A DNA stretch of 64,000 nt from Lingula anatina (GCA_051362555.1 CM120645.1:3162001-3226000), one strand, 5' to 3'; shown: positions 1 through 14,278, counted from the stretch's first letter. Numbers and translations are program-made. The notes: a model not told the origin generated them from the sequence alone.

Positions 1-3000
1 CTTTGTGTTTAAAATCGTCCATTGTATATGCGAAAAATACATCCAAGGGTATCATTTAACATGGCCCAATCTTAAAAGAAAACTGTCAATACATCTTTGG
101 CTTGACCCCAGCAAGAATGTTGACTATGGGCTCGTAAATTTTTAGTTGATTAAATCGATTCCTTCACCCTGACACTTTGATGTAGTTTAAATGACCTATC
201 TACTCACTGGCTATTGTTGTATTACGGATCATTTGATCTCATTAACTTAAGTCCATGTAAGGTTATATCCCAAAATGAACATGAGCTTTTGAGTTCTCTC
301 AGCCTGTTGAGATGGGGTAAATGGCCTGTATGGATACTATATTGAAGTTCATGGCTTTATGTCCCTGCTATGCTTAACTTGCATGTGTTGTGCATTCACA
401 TGCATGCATGTGCACATGTCCACTCTTTGTCCATATTTGCTTTAAGCTTAAGGCAATTTTTTTTAGGGAATTAGAGCCAAATAATGATGACCTCTCCTAT
501 TGTGTTTCTTCATTTTATTGGTCCAGGGCCAAGTGTTATGTGGTTGGTCACACCCGTCTGTGTCGCCGATGATGACATGACGGTGAGGAGGTTTTTGCTT
601 GCAAAAGGGTAACTTATTAGTTCTGATAATATTTTTTGTCATTTGATGCTCAGTGTAATTGCCCAGTGCGATCCAATGACTATGACAGTAGAAATATATA
701 GATGTCATATTTTGAGCAAAAGTTTTGATTGTGGATGAAAAGGGCAAAGAAGATAATGCTTGACAGTGTCTTGTATTGAGTGAAACTGCACTTTTTGCCT
801 GATTAAAAATTATAGGTAGTATACTGTTAAGTTGGTAAGAGCAGCGTCTTTTCCACTTTCATAGTTCAGCATATCTAGCATGTTTTGTCTTTTTGATCTC
901 AAATTTTGAGGTCAAGAAATACATATGTCCCTTTCTAACCTTAACTTTGATGATAAGATAATGGCAAGGACGAAAACTGAGAAAGATGTGTTCTTTACTG
1001 ACAGACATTCCCTCAGAGGAACACAGAGGTTGCCAAAGAGGTTGCGATTGTTATTTCAGGTCAAGCGAAAGTGGCTTAAAGGGTGATAGTAAAGATGGTC
1101 TCTTTGAGTTAGGGTTAACACATACATGCACTGAGACGAGAGAAAAAATGACAAGTGATGTGCTTAGTTATGGTGGTAGTTGTTACATGATACCAGGATA
1201 TTAGAGTCTTTTTTTTATACAGTTTTTGGAAGCTATTATATACAGAAGGTGGAAGTAGAAACTACAATGTAACATGGGCTTAGGGTTTCAGCATGGGAAC
1301 TTCATGTGATAGGGAAATTTTTAATAAAATGGTTTGATCACTCTATTTGGTGGATTGGGATCATTTTCATTAAGATGCACTTATCTGTTACCTTTAAAAT
1401 CCATTGCCATTACTTGAACCCAAACTTTCAGGCAAAAAGGATTATTTGACAGGTTTTTTTCATGTAAGAGAACCAGAGGGAAAAAACAGGACACTAATGG
1501 CAAACTAAGAAAAAGAGATAGATAATATGCACACAGAAAATAGCTAGAGATGTCCGTCTGCTTGCTAATGCGGTGCAAGTTCTCACTGGAAAGTAAGCCC
1601 CAGGATCTCTATGGATATTGAGAAGTTTATTTTCTCTCTCCGTTGCATTGCAGAATTATGTCTGTTACTTTGTACCTTTAAGATTCATTTTGTTGATAAA
1701 ACTGTTACTTTTTCTCCTGTGGTACTTGTTTGAAAATTGCTTTTAGGGAAACAGATTCTGAAGTATGTTTTTCACAATGATAGTTATCTAAAAGTATGAA
1801 GTTTGCAAGTCACTTTTAATGAAAGATTTTTCTGTAATCCGTTTTGCCTGGCCATGCATCTTTTTCTTCCCATAAAAAAGGACATCAGTTCTAGAAAATT
1901 GACCAGGTTGACTGCCAAGATGGCCCTAATTGATATCAAGCTGTGATGGTAAAATAGAAATATTACGAAGTACGATTTTGACTTAGTGCCCATTTATTAT
2001 CTCATTACACTAAGGAGATGATCACATGATTACTATAAAGTCCATATCATTATACCTTGCTTTACCTGCTCCACTTCACATAGAACACGGGAACAATGTA
2101 AAATGTGCATGTTCTATTATAACCGAGTGTCGGATGCGGTAACCACGGTGACACTACTTTGCTCCGAAACTATAGTTCCACCCAGCATGCCTGCCGTCCC
2201 CAATCAAATCAATGACGCCCACCATTGTGTCGTATTATGCTTGGACAGGGAGGGACAGACGCTAACGTCTTCATTTAGGAAAATAACCAGAGGGCGTGTG
2301 CGGTTGGGGTACCCTCAGCCTTGTACCCTTATAATTCATTTTACCTGACTTTCCTTTGGTGTGGTGAGCTCGGACAAAGGATTACTGGAACATATTTTAG
2401 AGGCCATTTAGCGGAGGATTAACCCAATAGTGACCCTGTTTCTGCAGCATTTACTCTTTGTGCACTTCCAACAATGTGCAGTGTTTAGTTTAATAGTTGA
2501 AATATTAGGCTAATCATTCGATATAGGAAGTAATAGAGCCAAGCACTTGCAGGTTCCAATTACAAGAACCTGAAAATTGATAGCAAAGAAAGGAAATGGA
2601 AGAGATGGAGGGGCCAGCAGTGACTTTTCTCTAGTACATTCTTTGCAATCAATTAATTTTCTCATTTTTATGTAATCATTTCAATTTTTTTACTAAAAGA
2701 AAATTAAAATATTAACCTAAAAGCAAAAGATAGAGAATTGCTGGTAGAGATAAGTAATCACTAATTTAAGTCTAAAATTGGGAAATTTTTTATTCAAAGT
2801 CTAAAAGTTTTGATGAAATTTAACAGTAGTTATGAAACTGAAAGAAACGCAGAAACTAATGTTATTAAATTCCATTAATAAGTTTGTTATGCGTCTCTTG
2901 GAAAAATCTGAATAACAGGAGCAGAACGAGATGGATAAGTGGTGGTTACTTTCACTGGTCATTGTGGTTCTTGGGTTGGATCCGATGAAGTACCGGTTTC

Positions 3001-3373
3001 CTGTTATTATCAGAATTTCAGCCATATTTACAAAACCATCAAATTACATGTAAAGTGGTTCTTTGTAAAAAATCTGCACTTCTTCCTGCCCCGTTGGGCG
3101 ACCTTTGTCTTTGAGATCTGTACTTCTGATTGTGACTATGGGGGACAAGTGAAACCATTGTCTGCTAACATGGGGACTAAGTGAAATATGAGCACATGTA
3201 TGGGTAACTGTCTGGTCAAATATAATGTGTATTTCTGTCTTGAAAAAATGATTTATTTTCCAAGGAAAAGAGAGAAAAGATGATTCAAGAAAATCAAAAG
3301 TTGATGATGTTTTAATTCTATTGAATTAGTGAGGAAGAAAAAATATAACAGGCAAAGTTTGAATGAGATGTCA

Positions 3374-3449
3374 TCTCTCTCTCTCTCTCTCTCTCTCACA
3401 CACTCTCTCTATCTCTCTCTCTCTGTGTGTGTGTGTGTGTGTGTGTGTG
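3374..3449. repeat. Compound (CT)n/(CA)/(GT)n microsatellite
   Basis: Directly visible. Confidence 0.95.
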
Positions 3450-4997
3450 ACATTTAAGTTCATGCACACTTTTGCATGCAGACTGTGAGTGTGTTTGAGA
3501 GAGAGAAAGAGAGAGAGAGAACGATAACGACAAGATAGCATACAGTAACATAGATATATTTTGACTCATCACTAACAGGTGTAACTTAAGTGTGCTGTAC
3601 TCCTTTACTGAGTGATGGTCAGTACTCTCTTTTATGTTTTTTTTTCTAGTTTGCATGAAAGCACAGTTGGCATGTTGGATATGCGTACTTTGCAAAGTGC
3701 TTGTTTATTGGATAGAAAGTAGATATGGCAAAAATCTTTTGTATTTACTTACTCTTCAACCACCTTCCACCAAAGAGTATTTTATCCAGAGGTGTTAATT
3801 TTTCTCAATCTTTGATTTTGCATTGAAGGGATTTGATTAAGAAAGAAAGAAAAATGAAAATGTCTGAAAATTTTCACGTATATTTTCCATCTTATGAGAT
3901 TGTCAGTCTATTACTTCTGATTTCATTATAATTTCATAAACAAAAACAGAAAAAAACAAGGTTTAAAAAAAGAAAAAATCAATAATTCAGTAATTTTTGC
4001 TTGTAGCCGATATATGACCAACACATACTACTTTCTCCCAGCTCTCCGTAATGTGCTGATAAATGGAACATTTTTTCCTGTATGAAATGTCTACTCTGAG
4101 AAAGAAATGCCTCCTCCTTCCCCAAAGCTCCCCTATTAACCTTTTCAAACTCACCAGGTAGGAAAGGGCATTTGTGTCCAGCAAAGGTTCTTCTGGACGT
4201 ATCCTTGTATACACTTAGCTGACCAGTGTTCTGTTTCTTGTTAGATTTTTTTCCCTTTTTTCTGTGAATTATTTTGAGAATTTCTGTATACCACCCAAAT
4301 AGATGTGTCTGTAGAATGTCTTCCTTCTTTTTAAGTTGTACATTTACATATACAGGCAACCGCATGTGTATTTGCATATATGCACATGCCTGTCCACTTA
4401 CACCAATGCAGACCCTGGCAGACATATGCATCCTCATGTGCAGATCTGTTTAACGGGTTTTAACTGAAAAGATAAATCTGATTCACTCATGTTTAAAGTG
4501 GATTCTGAGGTAAGACATGAACTCATTTTTCCACAGTAAACAGAACAGTACATAGTAGCCACACGTTGCCTGAATCTGTTTCCGAGACATGAGCAAAGTT
4601 TTATAATTTCCTATAACCTCGGTTTCTTTCTGCAAAAACCCACGCCTAGAAAAACATAGTTAAAAAATGTTGCTTCTTGCCCCAAAGATATACTAAACTA
4701 TTTCTGGAGACAAGTATGAGGTTTGCTCATCTCAAACGCATTTTAACATTAATTTTTTTAATCTAAACCAAGTCATAGACGTAAATACAGACAGCCAGTG
4801 TGGCCCAAAGCTGCCCCATTTTTGCAGACACAACCACCATATTGCTTTCCTTATAGATGAATTAAATTGACGAGCTGTACTCATATATTCAGATTCCTCA
4901 ATTTAGTACATTACAAGGCCCTTCCTATGATCACAACCAGCCTTGTCAAGTTTCACATACCTAAAAGAATGAGTGTCACTGGAGTCAGAGTCCCCAG

Positions 4998-6950
4998 AGT
5001 CCATCACTAGTGTCAGTGATCAGTCAGTCGCTATAGGTGGTCACTGTAGTCCATCACTAGTGTCAGTGATCAGTCAGTCACTATAGGTTGTCACTGTAGT
5101 CCATCACTAGTGTCAGTGATCAGTCAGTCACTATAGGTGGTCACTGTAGTCCATCACTAGTGTCAGTGATCAGTCAGTCACTATAGGTGGTCACTGTAGT
5201 CCATCACTAGTGTCAGTGATCAGTCAGTCACTATAGGTGGTCACTGTAGTCCATCACTAGTGTCAGTGACCAGTCAGTCACTATAGGTGGTCACTGTAGT
5301 CCATCACTAGTGTCAGTGACCAGTCAGGCACTATAGGTGGTCACTGTAGTCCATCACTAGTGTCAGTGACCAGTCAGTCACTATAGGTGGTCACTGTAGT
5401 CCATCACTAGTGGTCAGTGACCAGTCAGTCACTATAGGTGGTCACTGTAGTCCATCACTAGTGGTCAGTGACCAGTCAGTCACTATAGGTGGTCACTGTA
5501 GTCCATCACTAGTGGTCAGTGACCAGTCAGTCACTATAGGTGGTCACTGTAGTCCATCACTAGTGGTCAGTGACCAGTCAGTCACTATAGGTGGTCACTG
5601 TAGTCCATCACTAGTGGTCAGTGACCAGTCAGTCACTATAGGTGGTCACTGTAGTCCATCACTAGTGGTCAGTGACCAGTCAGTCACTATAGGTGGTCAC
5701 TGTAGTCCATCACTAGTGGTCAGTGACCAGTCAGTCACTATAGGTGGTCACTGTAGTCCATCACTAGTTGTCAGTGACCAGTCAGTCACTATAGGTGGTC
5801 ACTGTAGTCCATCACTAGTTGTCAGTGACCAGTCAGTCACTATAGGTTGTCACTGTCGTCCATCACTAGTTGTCAGTGACCAGTCAGTCACTATAGGTGG
5901 TCACTGTAGTCCATCACTAGTGTCAGTGACCAGTCAGTCACTATAAGTGGTCACTGTAGTCCATCACTAGTGTCAGTGACCAGTCAGTCACTATAGGTTG
6001 TCACTGTAGTCCATCACTAGTGTCAGTGATCAGTCAGTCACTATAGGTGGTCACTGTAGTCCATCACTAGTGTCAGTGACCAGTCAGTCACTATAGGTGG
6101 TCACTGTAGTCCATCACTAGTGTCAGTGACCAGTCAGTCACTATAGGTGGTCACTGTAGTCCATCACTAGTGTCAGTGACCAGTCAGTCACTATAGGTGG
6201 TCACTGTAGTCCATCACTAGTGTCAGTGACCAGTCAGTCACTATAGGTGGTCACTGTAGTCCATCACTAGTGGTCAGTGACCAGTCAGTCACTATAGGTG
6301 GTCACTGTAGTCCATCACTAGTGGTCAGTGACCAGTCAGTCACTATAGGTGGTCACTGTAGTCCATCACTAGTGGTCAGTGACCAGTCAGTCACTATAGG
6401 TGGTCACTGTAGTCCATCACTAGTGGTCAGTGACCAGTCAGTCACTATAGGTGGTCACTGTAGTCCATCACTAGTGGTCAGTGACCAGTCAGTCACTATA
6501 GGTGGTCACTGTAGTCCATCACTAGTGGTCAGTGACCAGTCAGTCACTATAGGTGGTCACTGTAGTCCATCACTAGTGGTCAGTGACCAGTCAGTCACTA
6601 TAGGTGGTCACTGTAGTCCATCACTAGTTGTCAGTGACCAGTCAGTCACTATAGGTGGTCACTGTAGTCCATCACTAGTTGTCAGTGACCAGTCAGTCAC
6701 TATAGGTTGTCACTGTCGTCCATCACTAGTTGTCAGTGACCAGTCAGTCACTATAGGTGGTCACTGTAGTCCATCACTAGTGTCAGTGACCAGTCAGTCA
6801 CTATAAGTGGTCACTGTAGTCCATCACTAGTGTCAGTGACCAGTCAGTCACTATAGGTTGTCACTGTAGTCCATCACTAGTGTCAGTGACCAGTCAGTCA
6901 CTATAGGTGGTCACTGCATGTAGTCCATTACTAGAGTCAATGACCAGGCA
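4998..6950. repeat. Minisatellite, about 38 units of 50/51 bp, with an 860-bp higher-order duplication
   Basis: Unit AGTCCATCACTAGT(G/T)GTCAGTGACCAGTCAGTCACTATAGGTGGTCACTGT; degenerate flanks run from about 4975 to about 7030. Confidence 0.97.
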
Positions 6951-9214
6951 CTTACCTTTATGGAGTCGGTCACCAGAGTCAGTGAACTAAGTCAGCCACC
7001 ATTGACAGTCACTGGAGTTAGTCACCAGAGAGTCTGGAAGTACAGAGCAAGAGAGAACTCTTTGGTACAGATCAGATCACCATCAAGAAAAAAATGGTCA
7101 CTATTACTACCAATCTTTTAAATGAGCTCTTAACTCTAACACTTTGATAATTTTGGATATTTTATACAAGTGTGTGAAAATTTTAGTTTTCCTGGTTGAT
7201 CAGAGCATACACTGAAGACTAATGATGAACTGAAGGGGGGGGGGGGGTCATGACTAACTGGGCCAGTTCCCTAATATTACTACTATTCAAGCAGACACAG
7301 TTAATGCTATACTGGGCAGTATTATGGTCCCTATGCAATCTAGTGGCCCAGTGGCATTAACTGGTCTATTTTCGGTCTAAAATTGCCCTGATATGAACAC
7401 ACCTACACACAGGTTTATTTTGCTTCAAATCTTTTGCTTTGTGTTTGTGAATACATTCAGTACAAGGATAGTCGTGAAGTTGTATGTTTTTTCCCCCTAT
7501 AGATCCCCTTCATAGTTTTTCCCAATACAAGAGTCCCTTTGATACCTAATCATATCAAACTGAAGTGGCTTGAACAAGAAAACCTATTGTGTCCGCCAAG
7601 TGACATGCACTTTCTGATATACTTATCCATTCGCTATTGTGGACAGAGTTGAAATTTGAGGATTTAGTGGCAATTATGGTTTTAGTTTCCCCAAGATTCC
7701 ATTGACCTGATACGTCTTGATAGAAGGAGGCCGCAGTCTTGCTGTCAATATTGGTATTAATTATACTTTGCGTGGAGAGAGACTTTGGTAGGTCGCATTC
7801 TCAGTCAAGTTAGTGTGACATAACTTAGTTCCTGCCGACTTAGCAGACAGTGTGATTTTGATTTCTACCCATAGGAATCTAATGTTGCACTAACGTTACT
7901 ATACCTGGAACTTCCACTTAAGAAGGACAGCACATGGACTTTGGAGATAATTTAGCTGTTTTGGGTGATTTCTATAGACTTGGTAAACTTTCAGAACAGA
8001 GAGTCACTCTATGGAAACTGGTTGGGTTAATAAGATCTGGCAGTATGGATCTGAAAGTTGTGGTTCCAAGTATTAGTACTGATAAATGCATACCCAGTTG
8101 GGGGATGTGAAACCAGATATATTGATTATTATCATGCTGTATTATGTGTACCTGTTTTGGAATGATTTTCTGACTCTAGGTGGACTATTAAAAAGAAGTG
8201 AATATTAGTCTGTAATATTTTTGCATTCTGAAAAATAGCTGTTAAAGGGACCTGAATATTTGTTGTGCAAGAACCGCCCCTTTTATTTTCCAGTCAATAA
8301 GTATTGATAAAACATATGGTGTGATTATTGTTTCATACAATTTTTGTTTTTATTTTAAAGAGGCATTTGCTTGAATTAAGACCTATTCTGGGATATTGTA
8401 TACGGGTACGACTTGACAGTTTCTTCTCGTAACAATGACACTGGGGTGACACAAATTAATGATAGATTCTTAAGCCTAAATAGCACCTTTGTGGGGTTAA
8501 TGATAGTTAATCTGGTTACACAGCTACGCTACACTGCCAAGGTAATTCCCATAACCTGTTTGAGATGACTACAAAACCATAGGTCAAGCTACCTTTCAAG
8601 AAAAAAGATCAGTGGAAAAATCGAACTGAGACATATTATGCAATCGGTATCCACTTACAAACCAGGCACTTTTTTCCCCTTTTTAATGAATGTCTAAATA
8701 AAAAGATGTCTGGTTGGAAATAAATCGTAGTGTGATATTCACTTAGGCATTAAGTGAGAGAACCACATATAATAATATCACCAGGATGTGTTGTCCCACT
8801 TTTTTTCTCCTCTTTTTTTTTCTGCTTTTTTGTTGTTGTTTGTTTGAGGGCAGGAATGAGGTGGTGTTGTGTCTGTGCTTTGAATCACTGTTAGTCTGTG
8901 ATGATGACATTTGCCCTCCGCTAAAGTTGAGCTGTTGGCACAGTGACAAAACATCGGTTCACCTTTACATTTCTCCCCACACTGTCTAGCCGCTTGCTGC
9001 AGCAAATACAAACTAGCCCCTGTATTGGAATATGTAGTGTATGGATAAAAGCAGACTACAAATATTTATAATTTGGTTAAGACTAGTCTAAGAAATTATT
9101 GCTCTGTTTAATGAGTGCATTTTTGTCTGTAGGGTAACATCAGGGGTGTTGCTTCTGTCCATAGGCTTATATGAGGAAGTCTGGTCTGAGATGATGTCAT
9201 AGCCTATATATCTA

Positions 9215-9222
9215 AGAGAGAG

Positions 9223-9314
<92 letters not shown>

Positions 9315-9315
9315 T
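9215..9315. repeat. Compound (AG)n(TG)n(AG)n microsatellite
   Basis: Directly visible. Confidence 0.95.
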
Positions 9316-9689
9316 TTTATCAAAGCTGGCATTTGTACCTATTAACTATCTCTTGATATCTCTACTCAGAGAATAACAAAACTTTGGATTGGTATGTTTT
9401 ATTAATGGGACTGGATTCTTTATGTAGTAAAAGATATACCAAATGGTACCACTGTTTAAATTTGAAGTTTTATCCTTATATTTCACTGAGGTGCACTCTG
9501 TCTTCCTATCCCAATACAATCTATATACTACCTGGATAGTAGTAAGTTTGTAATTAGCTCCGCCCACTCTGGCCTTGTAGCTCCTCCCTCAACCCTCCCT
9601 TGGCTCCTCCCACTTATCTTCAAACTGTTAAGAAGGGCAATGCAGCGATGATGGGACTTTTTTGAAGAATTTTGAAAATTTTTGTACAT

Positions 9690-9985
9690 ACTGACAGGGA
9701 GCCAGAGTATTGTAGGGCAGATCAAGCGACGGCGATTTAAATGGCTCGGCCATGTACTTAGGATGGACGAGAACAGAGTACCAAAGGTAGCTCTGAGATG
9801 GACACCACCCGGAAAAAGAAAGAGAGGAAGGCCCAAGACCACCTGGCGCCGAACAATGATGGCAGAGCTGAGGGAGGGGTACCTTACATGGGGACAGGCC
9901 CAGCACGTAGCCAGAGACAGGGCCAAGTGGAAAGAAGTGACTGTGGCCTTATGTCCCATGCGGGACGAAGAGCAATGATGATGAT
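9690..9985 (+). mobile_element. 5'-truncated RTE-clade LINE, 3' end of ORF plus (TGA)n tail
   Basis: Translates as IKRRRFKWLGHVLRM...PKVALRWTPPGKRKRGRPKTTWRRT...ARDRAKW, the characteristic RTE ORF C-terminus; the stop is followed by TGATGA repeats. Confidence 0.85.
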
Positions 9986-12900
9986 TGTGATAAGTTCAGT
10001 TCTACCTGTTACTAACTGGCAAGCAACTTAGGTGATATGCCATGTGACCTGCTTCTGTGTGCTTTAAACGTCTTTTAATTCTTTCCACATTTTTCCTTTC
10101 TCTTCAACATGTTTTCATAAAGCACCGGGTCTCTCCCCCCTCCCTTGATTTAAAAATTATCAATAAAATTTATAAAATTGAGATTGTCGATATGGTTTGT
10201 TACTATTGTTATTTAAGTGAAGAGGGTTTTTTCATTGTTGTTGTTATTGCTGAATCAGAAGAAACCTTACTTTGATAAAAAAACAAATTGCGATTTGCCA
10301 CTTGGACCTCATTTTTTTCAAACAACAACATTTTTCCTCACAGTCTCCTCAACACTGGCATGTGCATGGGCCAGATACAAATCAATTATTTCTGATAAGT
10401 CAGTCAACCTTATATCCATTTTGTAATGAGATTGAAATTCTAACTGGTTTTACATCTGAAACTTGGTCAAGCTTGTGTCAGGCTTGTAATGAATTTGTTA
10501 TTTGGGAAAGTTTTTTTGGTCTTTTTAGTGCAGATCTGGAGAACATTTTAAGAAGTGTTCTTTCCCTGTTTAAACATGTTTCTTGACATTGGTAAACTTG
10601 TGGGTTAGATGAACTGGAAAAGACCATGTAGACTATGCATGCAGTTGCGTGGACACGTCAGTGTAAATTTAAAAGAAGCTAGTTCTTAAACTGTCTTGGC
10701 AAACATTTGCATGTGACACTGTATTCAGTCATATTGCTTTAAAGAAAAGAGCACAGATCTGCAAACACAGTGTCAATGTAATTTTAGTCGTATTGCCAAG
10801 TTACAGCATGAGGCAATTTTCAGTTACAATTATCAGTTGTCTTGAATTAGCAAAAGGCCTTAAATTCATTTAAAGATAGGGGTTGTAGACTTTTGATCAA
10901 AGTGTCATGTAGTCACATCAAAGAAGAAACTAAAAGTTGAGATTGGGTTAATGTAATGAGAGATGCTGGATCCATTACCTTGTGCAGGAATTGTTTCCAG
11001 TGTGTTTCTGAAACACTCAAGTGCTTTTCCATTTCTGCTTATGAAATCACAGGTGTTACTCATATTTGGAGTGTGAGAGCTGGGCGGTATGACCAGTGGG
11101 CTCCATCAATTTACAGGACAATGGTCAGATAATGTTCCTGATTAGGCCCAAATGGGCAACTGGACCTTAGCCAAGGAGAAGGTGCTCTGAAGTGAAAAAA
11201 AGATAACAAATGGCAACAATAGACCAGAAATGGACAAATATCTGGACAAATATTGCAGTAAACAGAGCTGGGTGTGTGGTAGTCACGCGGCCTTTGATCT
11301 TTATTTAACTGATTTGAGACCCTCAGGTGGACAAAATGACCAGAATGGCCTCATTTTCTAACAGTTGACTGTGAAAACATAAAAGTCAATCATAATTTCC
11401 CCAGTGTGAATGCGATGAAAAGGTATCATATTTAGGACAGATTAGTCCCAGGTTTGAAGGGAATGGGAAAGTTTTAGTGTACCGTATTCCCTAGCTAAAA
11501 AGGTGCCATGACTTATCATATAAAGTGAAACATCATATAACAATTGTATCTATCCCATCGAGAAAAATGGAGATGATATTGTGGACCATTTATGAATATC
11601 AAGCACACACACACATGCTTGACAATAGAAGAAGAAAAAAAAAGAAAAAAGCTAATGCACACAGGTTCAACTATTTCTGATCAGTATCACTGGGATCTGT
11701 AATGACTGATGGAAACAGCCACATACTTAACACAAGGGTGAAAGTAACTCACTCTCCCTGGAGTATAGTTAAGCCTACTGGCTGGGGGATCAATGGCTTT
11801 TTAATTCATTTTTTGACACCTTTGACTCTTGAAATTCAGGCAGAGTGTGAAATCAATCAAATTATATTTAAAACATTCCCACTTGCAAAAAAATGTTTTT
11901 TTTTTTGATAAAATACTTGACACCTAGGAATTGGTGGAGTAGGTTTTATAAAAAGTATAAAGTCATCAGTCAACTTGAATTCTAAGCATTTCCACTTGTA
12001 AAAAAACTTAAGAGATCATGTAAGCATTTAGTGCATTTATATTTACACTTAGCATTTCTATACATGGGGCTCACATCTTGGACTTGTTATAGACACCAAA
12101 GTTTTTCTGCTTAAAGGAAAAAACTTTCAATCATGCAAATCTATCAACCCAATTCAACCAAAGAGACTATATGCACTTTGAACGTGAAAAATCACAGTGT
12201 ACAAATGGTTCATTGTTACGTTTTATTTTAAGGAATGATGTGGATGTTGTGAACCTGAAATGAGTTCAATCAGTAGTACATGTTTGAATGCAGGGTTTGA
12301 TTTTTCTCCATTTTTGCCAGACCCATGTCATGAAAATGAAGCCTGCTCAAACCCAAAAAGTAAAACAAAATATATCATTGTACCAGATAGATCATTTTGT
12401 CTATTTTATGGTGCATTTTGTGCTAGTGTATATTGATAGTACATAGCAGTATTACTGTGTATTTAAGAGACGTTATAGGAATGTGTGTTCTCTTATTGCT
12501 GTTCTTACATTCATAAATTTTAAAAATCAGCCTGCCTGCAGTAGGTGGCACAGCAAAGGGATTAGATTGGCTTCCTATGGTGAAGTGATCTTAATCAAAC
12601 AACCAAGTTGAGGTTGATACTATCAAGATAGGTCAACCTCTCCAGGCTTTAAACATGACTTAATAGTGTATTTAAACCCCCATGTCGCATACAGATATAC
12701 TGCTAGTTGAAGTTCTATATTTCTGTGATTTACTGTTATATTTGGCATGCTGTATAGATGGGATCAGATGAGTGCACCTTACAGATGATTAGATCATCAG
12801 AATGCCATCCTGGCCATAAATTACTGTAATTAATGATAGATTAACATTAATTGTTTGGTAGTAAGCCAGAGCAAGTGCACCATTTCATTCTGTCTGGCTG

Positions 12901-14017
12901 CTAACACTCTGGTACTCAGAATGCACTTGACATGAGGAGTTACCACATTAAACATACTAGTAGATGTATAAATTGGTTAGAGTTTAACTCTTCTTTTTGT
13001 ACTTGAACAGCATTATCATCGGCATGTGATGTGAAAAAATGTAAAAGGGAGACTGTTTTCTCTTCTGTTAGAATGCTATCAACATGTTTCAGAGTGTTTT
13101 CAACATTTTTATGCATGTTTACACTTGAATAAATTAAGTTTATTTGAGCCAGTAAAAACCAAATAAAAACTAAAGGAAATTTTCAGTCAATTTGCTGGCA
13201 TATTTTTATAATTGGCCAACCTCACTGCAGCTATACACTCACTATACACTGATGAAAAAATCACTTTGGCAAGAGGATTCGAATTGGCTGGAACATTTTT
13301 GCTAATTGTCTAAAACAAAAACCCCAACTGGAGGGTTTCCAGGCACATTGGGCACATAATGGCTTTATCAGTGACAAGTACGCATTCTTTTTGGTTACAG
13401 AGTTCAGATACCCTGCAGTCACAGAATTAAACATTGTTTGTCTACCCAATAAAAACGTTCTCAGATGCTGGTATTCTTGTTGCTCTTGGGAGCCAAGCTG
13501 TCAATTGTTGTTTCCGTTTGGTTCTGGATGGTACTTTAATGGTAATAAAGAATTCTTGTACTTGGAGATAAATATTGGTGGTCTCAGGGTCCGGTTCCAT
13601 GTATCCAACTTGTATCTTAAATGGTCAAGGAAGTGGTCACCCAATAGGAGCTGACTATCAGTTAAAATCAAACAGGGCAGAGGTATCTTATTGTATTACA
13701 ATGATTTTAACAAGAAAATTTCATTCACCCTGTGGTCCAAAGCTCAGGAACATGTGATGTGACTGAAGATATAATGGCCAACACAGTTTTGAAAAACAGA
13801 TCGATTGAACAACAGGAAATTTACAAGATTTTTTTAAAGCGTTAAAGGTGGTCCACTGTTCATGGTTTTGAGATAGAGTCAGCCAAGTTTTTAGCTCTGA
13901 CAGACGATGGCCCAGTGACACGACCTGGGTGGGTTCTGTTAAACAGTAGGGGGCAATCCATTACAAGACAGATCTGACCCAAGACTAGGTAAACATGTCC
14001 CACAACCTACTGACCTT

Positions 14018-14278
14018 GGGGCAGTTTCACTGTAGAACTTAAGACCCAAATTTGGTCTGAACTTTGAGACAAAAATTTTTCTTGTCTGTTTCAATTTATG
14101 ATATCTCTACGTAGACCAGTAGAATATGTGAGTGTCCATTGATCTGTAATTTTAGAAATTTTTCCTTTTGATAAACCCTCAGTTTTATTGAAGTGGACTA
14201 CTGCAGTTTTACCTTCTGCCAAGAAAGACTCGAATTTTGGTTTTAAAGTTAAGACCTAAACTTTCATAGTGTGGTCCC
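14018..14278. mobile_element. Degenerate inverted-repeat element (old MITE)
   Basis: Subterminal AAATTTGGTCTGAACTTTGAGACAAAAATT is an imperfect inverted match to AATTTTGGTTTTAAAGTTAAGACCTAAACTT; related motifs near 19729 and 20402-20690. Confidence 0.4.

Noticed and set aside
5078-5087. TCACTATAGG resembling the 3' half of the T7 promoter (vector contamination)
   Set aside because: The upstream TAATACGAC is missing, and the motif is part of a natural repeat with degenerate flanks.
5410-6806. Two identical 178-aa ORFs of repeated VVSDQSVTIGGHCSPSL
   Set aside because: They arise because the 51-bp unit is a multiple of 3. They start at GTG, break at the 50-bp units and have no splice or domain support.
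4998-6950. CRISPR-like array
   Set aside because: There are no unique spacers, the units are head-to-tail, no cas genes are present and the context is a eukaryotic intron.
9528-9959. 143-aa minus-strand ORF
   Set aside because: It is the antisense shadow of the RTE fragment.
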